Shown: one piece after another, positions 25,901-40,900 of the stretch
Layout: each line of letters starts with the position of its first letter
How positions within the stretch are numbered: the first letter of the stretch is position 1
Made by a program: the position numbers and the translations under genes
Notes under the pieces: generated by a model
What the model saw: the letters and a program-made list of their open reading frames with translations, nothing else
Database searches by the model: none
Told to the model about the DNA's origin: nothing
NCBI RefSeq assembly: GCF_964204865.1
Contig: NC_135251.1
Coordinates: 23,560,001-23,624,000, forward strand
Direction of reading: 5' to 3'
DNA length: 64,000 bases
From: Styela clava
Lineage: Eukaryota

Positions 25901-28900
25901 AGGAAATAAATCTATATTCTATTCGAGAGATGTATCACTGCTTGAATTTTATAATAAAAAGTACCATCCGTTCGGTTTTTCAACTTTCTAAAAATATGTG
26001 CGGCACGCCAATGACTTGCAACTATAATTTTGGCCCGCGAGCGACAAAAGGTTGCCTGGTCTAGATTTATAGTCCTTTATAGTTGGGGTATCGTGCTCAG
26101 AGCCACAAACTCGCTTGCCATCACAACACTGAATAATGTGCATGAGTTCGGTTTGAATCTCATGGGAGATTACTATTTGCAAGTATGTTGCTGTACTTTT
26201 GCTTGGTTATTGTAACCATTCATTTAATGCATCTGAAACGATCTACTGTTACTATTTTCATACCCAATAATGAACTTGAACACAAGAGGCCAGCTATTGA
26301 GCCATTTTGGGCTTGAATTTGCTCTTCTATCTGGTATAAATATGAAAATACTAACTCACCATTCTACTGTCTCACTCGAGGAATAAGAATTAATGTAAGT
26401 TATTTTAAACCAGAGTGGTTAGTGACTACCAAATGATAGCTTGTATTAAGCCTTGTCTGAAGTCACATAATAAAGTTTAGTTTAGTTTGTACTAGATAAA
26501 AAAAAGTCTTACAAGAAAGAGCCAAGGCTCAATGCACAACTCACCAATAATAACATATCGATCATCCACAATCAACATCTTGCTGTGTACGTAGATGATC
26601 TCTGTGATTGGTTTATTTTCAAGTTCAGAATGAGTTCGCAATCCACAGAAACTCACATAATTTGAACAATTCACACCTGCGTAAAAATCCATGTTTAAAT
26701 TATCACATGCGAAACCTAGTTCGTTCTGAAATTGATTAATATAACAAGAGGTTTGCTCAAATATATGGAAACAACAGTAAAATGACTAATACATCACAAA
26801 GTCAGCAAAAGTCCAGCCAAACTACTGAGTGCTAAAAAGTTTAAATCAATTGGAACATTGTGAAAGTTTTTTTACAAAAACAAAAATTATTTACCAGGAT
26901 AAAATAAAGCTACAAGCATGATTAACTCTTACCGATATAAACATATAAAGGCTGAAATCTAAGACATTTACCTTGTTTAGTCAAGTCACCCATTAGTGAT
27001 CCATCACCTCTATTCATACTTCTGTATTGCCAATCTAAAACTGCTTGAATTGCAAGACTTTTGCTACTGTCACTAATGGTGAAAAGAAATAAGGAAATAT
27101 TCATATAATGCACAACCATACAATGATAGCTACAATTGAAGGCACATAAGGTCTGGTATCGAATATTGTTGTAAGAACGAGTACACAGTAGCTATGGAGC
27201 ACAGTATACAAATGAAGTCTGAAATTTTGATAGATACATTACATCTTCCCATATTTGTGAGGGTTACATAACAGACCAATACGCTGTGTGTAAATTGACC
27301 AATATGGTAATCCTAATTAGCAAATACTTTCACATATTATTCATATAATATAGATATTTAGTTCAATTTCATCGCCAATTTATGACATATAAACAGTGTG
27401 ACTATCTCGATGATCTGTTTAGAATCACTGAAATTCTTTTCCAAACAATAAAAAAAAAGGATTTTTCCACCAAGTCGATTCCCTGGCAATCAAGTCTTGT
27501 ATCAACAGCCATCTGACCTGATATCCCCTTCGAATCCAGGAATGAGAGGCATAACAATATAAACCCGAAAATTCTTCTTTTCTGTGTGAGCTCTCATTAT
27601 TCGATAGAACAATGCATCGACAATGTTGTTTTTTATTTCAGGATTATTTCGCACACTAATGAAAAATTGATTCTGAAAAAGAAAGATAAAATTATTAATT
27701 AATCTTTAGTAAGATGTGATATGTCTGACATGGAGAGTTGAACTGTTTAAGATTGTGTTTAGTCAGCAAACAAACAGTGCAACCTACCAGGTCACTGTTT
27801 CCAAATTGGAAAGGAATTTTGCTTTGTATTTGCTATACAACATAGTATTACTAACATTCTTTAGTTCTATATTGTTACTATAATATCTATTTATGAACAC
27901 ATTATAAACTAGTACTACCTAAACTGCACAAAAGTGGTAGCGCGACTTGTGCATAACACTAGACAAGGATCCATTAAAGATTGGATGAGAATATACTTTT
28001 TATGCATTCGGAGGAATGAAGGGTTCAAAATAGGCGAGGGGGGGGGGAAGATTGTATCCTGTGAGGAATAATTACGCGCATAGAGACTGCTGAACACCTG
28101 ATCGTCATAGAGTGGTTCACGTAACTGCTGGTTGGTTATGGCTTCCTCTACCATCAAGTCTATGCATATTTAAATAAAAACTATTTTCATACCAAACATA
28201 AAATAGCCAGAGGACATGACCATGCCATATGAATAAGCCGCCTCTCCAACTTTCCCAACCTCAAAATTCTATCATTATATCACTATCATCGCATCACCAG
28301 GGCTGCGAGTGGGCTTCTCTGTGAGGACAATGATCCATAAGCCCTAATTGGGGCCACACTAGTTGGCACAATAGAGTAATGTGTAATATGTTGCTTGTTG
28401 TACATGAATATATATGCTTGATAGTGGACTAAAATTGGGGCAAAAAAATTAATATTAATTTTGAATTCTTTTCAAATTGATTTTACAGCATCTTAAATAA
28501 TGAGTCATGTGATGATTTGTTTGTTTAGTTTACCAACTACCATCTGTCTCACACGAGATGGAATTTTAATCCATCCTACCTCAATATAAATATAATGCTC
28601 TGCTTTATTAATAGCATCAATATAAGCTGTTTGGATAGATTGTTCAGCTTCACTAATCCCCGCAGACCATTCAGCAGACGACCTCAGAATCTGAAAAATA
28701 AATGACAGGTTTAGTTAAAACACAAGGTGGTAAAATATTCATATACATCTGAAAAGAAAAGTCATAGTCAACTTTTTTTTTTCCATCCAGTGAAAAATAA
28801 CATACGAAAATACAAAATTGAACACACATTTTTACTGGGGAAGGGAAGTCGTGGGAAACCAGGATTGGTTACCGAGCAGCGACACCCAAAGCTCTGAACA

Positions 28901-31900
28901 AGGCCCTACACAAGAAGCCACTGGTATCTAACTATATCTAAGAAGCCACTATTCTCAATTTATACCTTGAGTGAGGTGGGGGAATGAGATTTGATCCAGA
29001 GACGTGCAATCTGGAATGCCAACACTGAAATTTAACGCTTTAACCACTTGGCCATCAGGTAGCAAACCACAGTCTCTCATCCAGATGACAGCTCATTTCA
29101 GAAATGAGAATATTTCGGTTTTATTTCAAAAGCATGGACTTGATAGCCTCATGTGCGTCATACTGGTAGTAGCGACAGAAAGGCAGAATATTATTAGGAT
29201 TTTGTTCTTGATACGATCCTTCCCCCGAATACAACACGCAAGTTCTTTGTGACAAATAATATTAATCATGAACAACAACAGACTCCTAAGACAACCTAAC
29301 AAGGAATGATTGGTACAATGTGCTTGAAGAACGCTACGCACTAGATCGAGTTGATTGAAGTGTTTACATATGAAAGTGTTTGCAATGAAATCTAAGGGAA
29401 ACACTAACAAACTAGGGTAGCCTGTTGCATATCAGTATTGTACAAAGACTTAGATACCGTTTCGATGAGTATTGTCAAAATCCTCATTTTACCTGAACTT
29501 TGGCATTAACTGCATCTGGATGTATGGAACTCTGTCTTAAATTGAATGCATCTTCACAATAAGCTTTAGGAAGAAGAAATGGAACAGACTCTCCCTTCTT
29601 TGCTTTCTCTATTTTGGTGAAGTTCCATCTTTGTATAAAATGTCGAGCAGCATCTCTGGCTGCTTTGCCGTAAGTGACACAAGCAATGTCATGCCACGGC
29701 ATCCTTGGCATTTTCAAACGATCAATCATATCTATGCAAATGACAATAAAATAGATTGATCGTTAATATTTTAATGATATGCAAATGAAGGTTGTCAAAA
29801 ATTTTTACTAGAACTTCAGGAAAAACTATTTTGATAACAAGAATTTTGGCTTATGCAAGCCTTCTTCAATTGTCTATTCAGAATGGTTAAAAACTTCGGT
29901 TATTATCATACCATCATATGGATCATCCAAGTGAGCCAAATCTTTTGCAACAAAGTTGGCATAATCTTTTCCAACCCACAGTTTAGCTTGTCCAGCCAAC
30001 TTCATATTTTCAACCATTCCTTTGTAAGCAGCTCCAGCACTGCTAGCAGGGCCACCATCTGAATAATCAAATTTAGCCATGCAAGTTACTCAATGATACC
30101 AACATGATAAAGCGTGTTTTCCACAAGGTTTTGTTAGTACTATAGCAAGTATATCTCGAAGTTGAATCATAGATGATTCAGAAAACATCTGGGTAAAAGT
30201 TATGGTGTTTTTAGGTACATGAGCCATCATAGAATGCAGGCTAATCGAATGACAATAACTTCACCCAAGAAATACCAAATTTGATTCACGACACAACTGA
30301 AAGATTTTAAAAGTTTTAGCTATTTATTAGCTGATTATATACAAGTGATGCCTTGTCTCATGCCTTGCTTGGAGTTATAATGAAAAACACTTCCTAAAGA
30401 TCATTTAACAGAGAGCATGACTGCAAAAATGTGCATTATACCTTTATTTCAAATGTTTCAAACTTTGTCGAATGTAAGTATGATTATGGCACTGGACAGA
30501 AAGCAGGCGCATTTCAAATTTTAATGAGTATAATATTTATTGCATTTTTTTGATTGCAGACACATATATCACACAAAGACTGATAACATTCGCTAGATAG
30601 TTATTAGTAATTAGTAAAATCACCAATTACAATCACCATTTATATACATAATTAAAACTCGTAAAAATTTAATTAAGTTACAAGCATTAAGCACACATAC
30701 ATTGATAAGAATGGTAGGATGCAGGACTTTCTTTCGGCACCAACGGACTCGTATCATTCAATGATCCATAGCCTGTGTGATGTGATGGTTAGAGAAAAAA
30801 GGCAAGCAATAATTAATAAAGCATTGAAAAGGAATTAGTAGTATGATAAGTAGGATTTTAAGGTTAATGTAATGTAGGATGAAAGGACAATATTACCGGT
30901 AATACTATTATTAAATAGATGAGACAAGACTGTGGACTCTGACTAAAAAAATGGCTTGCACTCCCGACAAAGAAGAATTTTTCCTCGACTCCAGAACTAC
31001 ACTAATGAAAAAATCAAATTGTGATAACAAAAACTTTGGCGTACACATTTTAACACCATTGAAAATCTGCAATATAAACTCCGACGAGTTAGAATTTCGA
31101 CTCTAGACACCAGGGAGTTGGAAAACTTTACTTTAGCGCATACACCAGTGAAAAAAGTCTTTTTTAGATAATTGTGAGACTGAACAGCATGTAGTGATGT
31201 AATATCGGGAAGTAATGAGCTAGAATCGAGACAATGAAGTCTAAGTTACCTATGTTTTCTTAGAAAAAAATTCAACTCTAGGTTGGCAAAAACTCTGAAC
31301 CCAATCAGACTCTATTCAGCTCTATTTTGAAATTAACATGTTATTTTTATTTTCAATGACAATTTTGATCCCTCGGGGAAAGATTTCCTTGAAGGAAACC
31401 TCAATAATAATTCCAAATTTAAAAGTACAGAGCATGAATCAAGGACAATCACCACACTTTCAGAGTTTCGATCAAATTATAATGAATTACCGTACTTGCG
31501 GTACTATTCTTCGAAAAACTATCAAGTGCAAGTACAAACACAGTGAAAATTAAAGTGAAGTTCAAACAAGCATAAAATGTGAAGGAAGCATTGTGTTACA
31601 TAATCAGTTCGAACAGGGTTTTGATAATTACTAGAAATAGGGGAAAAGTGCAGCATACTTAGAGCTAAAAAGGTGAAGGCATTAGCCTTAAGGGTGACTT
31701 GATACTTGCTTTCAGGACGAATTGTACCAATCATAGAGCTATATGACTTTTTTGTCAGATCGTGGGTCTAATGGACCAGTGGTTATAAAAATAGGGAACT
31801 CAACTATGACCCTATTCCACACCTACCTCCCCACCCAGAGTGTAATAAATTTGAAAGGCAATGCCGAATTATAAAAATTCTGTTCCTTCCTACATATAGT

Positions 31901-34900
31901 AGATTCATACATGGCAGAGTGGTCAGAGCACTGGCTACATCTCCCTTTTCCTTGTTAAATTACATTTCCGAACACCAGTGATACATGCAATGTAGAAGTA
32001 GATAAACATGTTCAGATATTTCTGAAGCTGGAGTGGTTATGTTAAGACTCAGTTCAATATATATTCTGGCAAATAAAGTTTTACATGAAGATTGGCATGC
32101 AGTGACAGACCTTACAATGTTAAATATATTGCAATATGGGATTTTTACAGTAGGATAATTATGGTAGATAATATTTAATTTACTATACATTTTATATTGT
32201 TCTAATATATATTCGATTTGAAGATTTGGAACCTAAATTTCACTCGAGAATTTCAAAGAAAAGAAATGAAGATATTTAGAAAACATTACAAAATATTTCA
32301 GGTGTGATTCATTCATGATGACTTGATCATATTTTAAATGTTACAATATAGCATTCTACACTATCTTCCTAAACATGCATACAAGACGACTCTGATCAAT
32401 ATTTTGATATATCAAGTAATGTATCACAAAATCATGCCAAAATCATTTTTCAATTTATAAATTATCACCCGTAATTGATTGCATTTTGGGGTAATCTAAA
32501 ATTTTCAAATATTCAAACATCAAAATTAATTATCATTTTACAGATTGGCTTTTATCACAATTTTCCCCAAAAAATACATTTTAAATTTAATTCCAGCAAA
32601 TCATTCAGCAGATTTTGTTCAGACATTTGTACTAAAATAGAGACAGACTATCTCATGAAAACAGCAATTCATTTATGATGGAACTAACATGTGAAAACAG
32701 TCAAATTTTCATTGCATAAAACTTTGATTCAACAAATGGATATATGAATATAAATTTTCATCATTCTGATATGAGATATACCGTTTTCAAAAAGAAGAAT
32801 ATCAATACTTTCATCAAACTTTATGATTTGTAGCTGGAACAAAAGAATTTATTACTGCTTTTTTGCACAGACCTATACATACTACATTGTTTTTATGTCT
32901 GTGTTAGAAATAATTAATTTATTTCAACGAGAAATAATGATTTGAATATTTTTTTTTACTTTAAAAATAAAAGGATTTGTATAATGTCCTATGTTGTGTG
33001 CATAAAACCATTATCGATGCTGTTATTATCTCAAAATTATTGTTATTTACAGAAATACAAATGTTCATTGAAGTGGCATCATCCATTTATCAATAACTAT
33101 ATCTGATTTGAGATAGAAGACAAATAGAATTAGGCAAATTACAATATTTGTTCAGTAAGGTGAGTGGTAATAAGTAAAATTAAAGCTGCAATTATTTTGT
33201 TTTCAAATATTAATATGCAATCACCTATACACATTCTTTTTAGATGTGTACTTTTTTGATTTTTGATATGATAATTTAAAATAGTTTTATTTGAAAATTT
33301 GTTCTTCAGAACATCTAATATAATTGAATATTTGAATATACCCGACATTGGATATACGTGATATATTAGTACTTTCTTTATTTTAAGAATAATTTAAAAT
33401 TGTTTCATTTGAAAATTTGTTCTTCATAACAACTAATATCTGGTACTCAAGACGAAAAATAGACTTCACTCAACTTCTGATAGTGTAAAAATAGAAAATC
33501 AATCAGAACTAAGTTTGTATCAACTTTATTGTATCACCGAAACAAATTTTGATTCTTTAAAATCTATCAATTAACTAACCATAACCCAATTTAGAATATA
33601 TTCAATATTTTGAATTTTTTTGTAAAATTAAAAATATTCCAGAATGTATTCATTTCGCTTAAATATTTAAGTTTGTATATTTTTTGCTAAGACCTAAATT
33701 TGTCAAAAATGTCCAGACATTAACATTAGCATATTATATCACCTTGACTTCCATTAAGCAAATTAGAATTGATTAGGAAATGACAGAAAATCTATCTATA
33801 CGCTAAGAATATAAAGCTGGCATATTAAAATTGGCAAGTCTGCAGATAATCGCCTTAACACTGTGTAATATGGCTTGATCATGCATGGCTTGACTTAAGA
33901 ATGTCCAAAACAAATTTAATATTTGAATTGATTCCAAATTAAATATATTTGGTATTTTGAACACTTGAATTTAATTTCATTTTGAGCAATTGGTTTATTT
34001 AATTTTTGAAAAATATGAAAAAAGAGAACCAACCAATCTCAAATTCATGTATTTTCAAATTCAAACTTCTTGAAGATACATTTACTTTTTTTAATTGTTC
34101 TTTGTTGAACATGACCAATTTTAGAATATAACTGATATTTCATATTCAAAAATAATATTTTAGAATTTATTCATTAGTTTAGTAATTACTGATCAGTCTT
34201 TATTCTGATTTGGTCATCCCTAGTATCAAAGTCCTTTGCATGATTAATGCCTTAATATTTCCAAATCATGAAAAAAAAAGTGAAAACACCCAATCAAACC
34301 TGCACCATTTGAAGACAATAAAGTGCTGCTTTCTTGAATGACAGTAATAGTTGTTTTACCATTAGAAGTCATATTCATATCATTGTCATGTGCTATTCTG
34401 TTATCTGGTTCGTCATCCTTAAAAAACAATTCTTTTTATTTTAATCCTCGCCATGGTACAAAAAATGACAGCGCACAAGAAAAATGCACAGAATGGAAAT
34501 TTGAAAAAGTGGCAAGAACTTTCACATCATAACTTCAACCGCGGTGGCCATTTTAATCGTAGCATGTGACAAACAATTTTTGTAAAGAAATATATAGGTA
34601 TAACAAATCTTTTTCCATGAAATAGTAAGTATATTAGTAAGCTTTCATCAGATCATAGTCTAAATTCTTCACACCAGCCAAGAACTTCAAATATTCATTA
34701 TTTTCATTCATTATTCAAAGTGGTTATGAGGCGTTATGCCTTGTTTTGTTCGAAGAAGTTAGAACTATGATCTTACGAAAGCTAAAAATATACTTTTTAT
34801 TTTGTGGAATAAGTTCGCTTTAATACTATCTCGTATAAAATAATGAAGCAGCTATTTGAAATTGAGCATGACATGAAATTAACAAAACATGAAATTATCA

Positions 34901-37900
34901 AACTCGATCGATAAAATAAACAAGAATAATACAAATGAGTTACCACAGCTTGAAAGGTTCCATCATCTGAAATATAAAATAAAGGATGATAAAGAATTAC
35001 TTGAAAAACAGAATGAAGCAGTGAATGTTATGTTAGCTTTTTACTAAAAAAAGATAAATCAGGATTTAAAACTTCGAAAATTAAATATAACAATTGAGAA
35101 TGAATATTTTTCACACTGTAAGAAGCTTAAATCATTTAATATATCAAATACCACCCATGTTAAATTTATTCAGATACTTTACCCTACCCGTTTCAATCAT
35201 TCACATGAAAAGGGTTGAAAAGTAAAACTGAATTTAAATCTGTAAAATTAATCAACTCACCACTAGAAGATGTTGACAGTGGCTTCAATTGCAGTTCACT
35301 ATCTTCAGTCTAAAAAAGATAATCCTGTTAAAGGCTTACAGAAATGGAAAAGTTGAACAATGAAAAATTAAAAATTTTCTGTGATATCATAAGAATCACC
35401 CCATAATGGGTAAGAGAATTTTTGACTAACACTAAACATCCTTTGTTTTTGTGATGAAATCTAAACCTTTCTGAATATTATTTTAGGGTATTTTATGGTA
35501 AATTGAAATTTGTACCGTTCAACTGAGTTATGTCTATGCTATTTGGTATAATTTGACGGAAAACCTTGGCTTGCAAGATAAAAAATAAAAGACAAGTCGG
35601 TAGGCACCCAGGATCTCCGCTGGAGGTCCACACTCCAGCAAACCGTTAAAATCTTATTAAAATCGCCGACTTATATCGGCAGCTTATTGTGGTGAGTGAG
35701 TTCCTGAACAGCCTTCGCTGCGTGAGTGGTATAATGTGCCTAATGCCAGTAATCAAACATGTTCACTGAAATTTAGTTTATGGATTTTCGAAATGAAAGA
35801 CTATTTTTTTCTGCGGAGGGTATCGTTTTCGAAATTTCAATTTTTGACTTGGTTGTCGAGAAAATGCAATTAAATTGGAAAATTCCTATTGATCAGCATA
35901 TTTTCACTCCTACCATGGAAATGAAACATAAATTTGGACTTTCGAATTTTTACCAGGATGACAGGATAACTCATGTGAGAAATCCAGAAGTGTCCAGCTG
36001 TTCAGACACTACAGCTAAACAAACAGACAGAACGACTGAGGATTACATATCACGCGTGTACTTCCCGCTGCGATATAAAAACGTCGCACAACAAGAAAAT
36101 GATTCCATAAACCTTGGCGTTGCGCGCTAACCAATAACAAAAGCTAGTATGATAAGGTCTTATTTTGAAGGTCATTTTATATGCTACATAACATAGGAGA
36201 GTGGACATCTCACAACGTCAGGAAGTTATAAAAATACCGAGTCGTTTGATCGCAGCTGCCTCACCGAAAAAAAGTTAGGCGTTTTATCTCGCAAATTCTC
36301 CTTGTCTGACGATTATAAGCTTTTATGATTCATAATAAATGTTTTATTATGACTCACAAAAGCTTTCAACGCGATAAAGCACAAACAAACAACCGATCGA
36401 TCTATCAAGCTTAGCCTGGCCTGATTCGATGTGGTGACTTCTCAAACGGAAAATTTCCAAAACGCTTGAACAACGCGCGCTATGGAAAAGCGTTTAGTAT
36501 CATATGAAAGAGAAAACCAATGTGCAGTCAACTGTATAGTCACATTTCAGCTTTACAATAGCTATAGACGTCCAACAGCTGATAGAATGAGAGAGTGTAA
36601 ATATTTTTGTTATTTTTTGACGTTACGAGAGACCTCTTGAAAGAGGTGTTTTAGTTTACGGTCCTCCAGTGATATCTAGCGTATAGTACTCTAAAATACT
36701 TTCCAATGGTATATAATTATTGTATATTGGGTAAATTTTGGGGGTCGTATGACATTAATAAAAATGGGTATTCAAAATTGGGCTCGATTGGGCGTCTGAA
36801 ATAGGTTAAAGCGGAGATTCAGTAAACAGTATAATGGGATGCAGTACCCAGTACTATACAAGAAATCAACTAACTGACAACGTAGATATAATATAGATGA
36901 CAACTTCATCTGAACAATTCCAAATTCTAATCTTCCAACCAAATGTTATACTTATTAAGTAACTATAAAACAGTAACCTTTTCTTTGGAAACTTCTTCCA
37001 CAACAGCTACAGTCATAGCTTGAAACATGAGAAGTGCTGATGTTGTGTGAGCAGAAGATTTAGTTTGTTCATTGGAGGGATTCTGAAAATACAAATTGAA
37101 AATCATAAAAATGACCACAACAAAACTTCCCATCCATAAAAATTTATCGTAAATATACTACAACTAACTATCCAGTAATGGAATATTGACAAAGAAACCT
37201 AATTGAAAAAAGTATATTGCAATAGTTTAACTAGCCATTAAATTCCCTCGAGACACTTCAATTTTAAATCTATCAGTTCGATATTTGAGCAGAATAGCAA
37301 TTTTTTTGTCCCAACAATAACAGCATGAAAAACAATTCAGAAAAATAATCATATGTCTGCTTTTGGTCTAAAATTGACTTTCAGTATATGCCCTCATATC
37401 AAAAAAAATATCTATGCCAAATGTTATGTGGAACTCTCATAGCAGTTTGCCGGATTGACTGTAGCTCTCAGCATTTCTCAGAGGTCATCCACAACTTTGA
37501 TCTGGGGTACAATTTCTTTACTCGAATGTATGTGACCTCGCTTCGAGGAAAATATCCTGAAAAAAAAAAAATATGCAATATGCCAGCAATATAATTCGTT
37601 CGTTACAATACCTGTGAGTCGGTAACATCTGCCACTGACAACATCCTATCTTTATCCGAACCCATATCAGTCAGCCTGTGTTCATGATTATCCCATCTAC
37701 CATAACAGAGATCAATACCACCGACAAAAGCAATCTTCTGATCAATGATGACAATTTTCTCATGATGAGCCCATAATAATGAATCTTTGGTCGCTGTGAT
37801 AAAATAAAATGATTGGTAATTTATATCATATACTCTTCATCAGACATCATGAGATAATTCGCAAAAAGCGACGTATTCATATAAAACAAGTTTTTCAAAT

Positions 37901-40900
37901 ATAATTATATTTTTATGAGGCGTTTTCACATAATCGCTATAAGAGGGGGCTCTGCACAAGCAGCTATGGGTCTGAGGTTTTTCCTGTTTGACATTCACCA
38001 TCCAATTTATTATACCTTGAGTGAGAGAGATCTTTAACCGGCGAGACCAACATAATTATGTCGTACATTTTAATAACTAGGCAATCAAGCCCTAAAATGG
38101 TATTTTGATTTAGTTTTCATAAAGATACATTCGTGCAGATACGCTGCGAAATCAAGTGACCCACTGTCTATCCTTCGTTTTATGTTTCAGGTACTGCCGT
38201 ATCTGTATGTGGCATATGATATGTTACAAGAATGTTTGAAAGAAATGAAGCCAATAGTTCATGTCAGTGATTTCCAAAGAATTTGCTAAATGTGCCTCGA
38301 AAATTATCAGAATTGTGTTAAAAATAACTGATATATGAATAAATATTTCACATGTCGTATTATGTATGTTTTATTTTTCTTATTTTTGATGCTGTGCTAA
38401 TAAATGTTATGGATCAATAAATTCATCTTATTTTCCTATGTTGTTAACTTTGTTAAGTTATGTTTGCCTCTATTGTTACTTATTAACTGTTAGTAAAAAC
38501 AGAGGTAGACACAACTTGCTGTAATTTCGCGAGACGCACGAACATAGAGTTTAGGAATCGTCGCTGGTTTACGGTACATCGAAAATAGAGCAAAATCTGG
38601 ATGAAAGTTTGATCTTTTGTTACCATGTACATACAACGAAATAGAAAACGAGTAAAAAGCCGGTTCTATTAACCATATAGGTGTCTTATACGAGCTGAAT
38701 AAAACGTGCTCCCGTAGTATATGTACCAGGCTGGGGTTAGTCCATTATTTTATTCCGATTCTCCTTATGTTAGTCCTATTACGAGTTCAGTTAGGGGACT
38801 GTCTGTGTTAGCCAACTAAATATACCCCCTGCCCATAGGCTCAAGTCCCTTTACACAACTCGATGTAAAGTAGGCGAACAAAATTAGTTACCCACATACT
38901 TCAGCGCTAAATGAAATCCCCAACATAAATTGAAGCATGCCTCAAAAGTCAACACGTCTTAAGTGTCCACTTATAGAATATGAAATTTAAAATGACTGAA
39001 GTTGAAGTAGTAATCATAAGTAGGAGAAATTGTAAATTAATATTTTTTCAAGAGCTTTTCAAGTAGTTGAGAAGATATATTATCATGAAAGTGAAAAACC
39101 ATGCTATGCAACCTTACAAAGAGTTTTGGCTCTAAGAGCATAAAGGCTACAATAGGTCCCATTTGCAATTAATATAATTTAAATTGGCTGGGGTTTGTTT
39201 CATTCTTTAATTGTAATGCATTCATTTTATCCTGAATAAAATAACGGAGAGACAGCGATTTATTGATTTGTAAACAAAAAACAAACAAAATGGAAAACAC
39301 ATCTACAATTAAGAGACAACGCTTTTTTGGTGAAGACCGGGAGTGATACAACCATATGGTTATCCGTCAGCATCCCCCATAATCACTGTTATGCATAGGA
39401 TTCACATTGAACTATATATGCAAAGGCAAATTATTAAAGGAACATACATTTGTATAAAAATTTTACAAAAAGTAGTAATTATTTCTAAGCTCTGATAATT
39501 GAATTCATATTATATATCTTCTGCATTTTTAAAATTTAAAAACACAACATAAATTCGTAATATCGTACTTGTAATATGATCTGGATGACGTAATACTCTG
39601 ATATTTTTCAAATTTGAATTTTGCAAAATGTCTTTGGCGTATCTACTCTGCAATGCGACCGCCATTTCTACTTCCTTGTATAGAAGAATGTAGATCTTTA
39701 CACCGGCATCCTGTTAGAACAATGGTGGAACAAGTAGTAAATACAATGGAACAAATTTGGGGCGCTAAGAAAAGAGCAGCAGTGTCATTCAATACTTGGA
39801 TGTTTCAAATTCCAGTGAGATACAAATACAGCATTATGAATTTGTGCCATGCACCTTATTGCAATTTTTAACAACTTCAACTACTTAATTTAATATCAAA
39901 AAATAGCAAAAAAATTTCACAAAGCATGAATATTTCATTCAGAAAAGTTTAATGGAAGTTACAGTTACGGTTGAATTATATCCGAGTGGAATATTCCATG
40001 AAGGAAATGTTTAGGATGGATTTTCCCTGCTTTTTATACTGAACACATACAGTTTAGCTTGTGATCTAAAATAAAAAATTTATAACTATACCAATATGTC
40101 AGGAGGCATCCAGAAGGCCATACCAATATGACAAACATTTGAGACTGGGCATTACAGACAATGCTCAATGTTATTTATTAAATAGTTTCGAACAATTTTT
40201 GCAATTTTTTATCTTATTATTCTGATTACCAATTCTTTGACTATCATCAAACAGCTCAACCAGAAATTATATTTTTAGTATTTCACAAAAGACCAATATC
40301 TCTTCGCATGTCAAGAATCAAACTGGATAGTTTTTTATTCAACCACACATGCAATCCACATAAACACATTCTACTTTATTCAAAACATTCCACACTTACT
40401 GCTTTGCGCTTCAATAGTTTATCAAGTTGCCATTTTCCACCGTCAGATATTGGTCGTTTCAAATAAATTTGAGGTGACAGCCACCAATCGGTAATAAAGA
40501 TTTCTTCGTTAGCGTCTTCTATTGCATCTGCAACAGCATTAAAATACGAAGAACCATCGACAAACCTAGAAAAAATTGTTTGAAAAAATTTAAATTATTC
40601 TGTCAAACCTTTGTTCAGAGTAACTATGTGGAAACACGGTATGGAAAGCTCCACAAAAAACCTATAACAAAAAAGTTTGACGACAAAAGCATTGGTAAAA
40701 CTGATTTTGCTATTCATTTTCATAAGAAATAAAAAGTCCAAATTCAAAGCAGCATTTCAAGGCCATTTTAGATGAATTGCTCATAAAGATGTTTGAAAAA
40801 TAAACAAGTATTTAAAAAGTAAAATTTAGTGCCCTAAAAATGATAGCATAATATTCATATGGCACTGTACTCTTTAAATAGATTTTTCAAAATGATAACA

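Noticed and set aside
23280-29062. tRNA genes suggested by A/B boxes at 23290 and 28988-29054
   Set aside because: No full cloverleaf is visible, and both are attached to repeated SINE bodies.
31491-31518. Possible extra loop microexon in PLD-C
   Set aside because: Neither available donor preserves the phase 1-1 frame.
35780-36130. 116-aa plus-strand ORF as a nested gene
   Set aside because: No recognisable domain, and it lies inside a probable TE insertion. Most other short ORF-track entries that do not overlap the listed exons are likewise chance frames.
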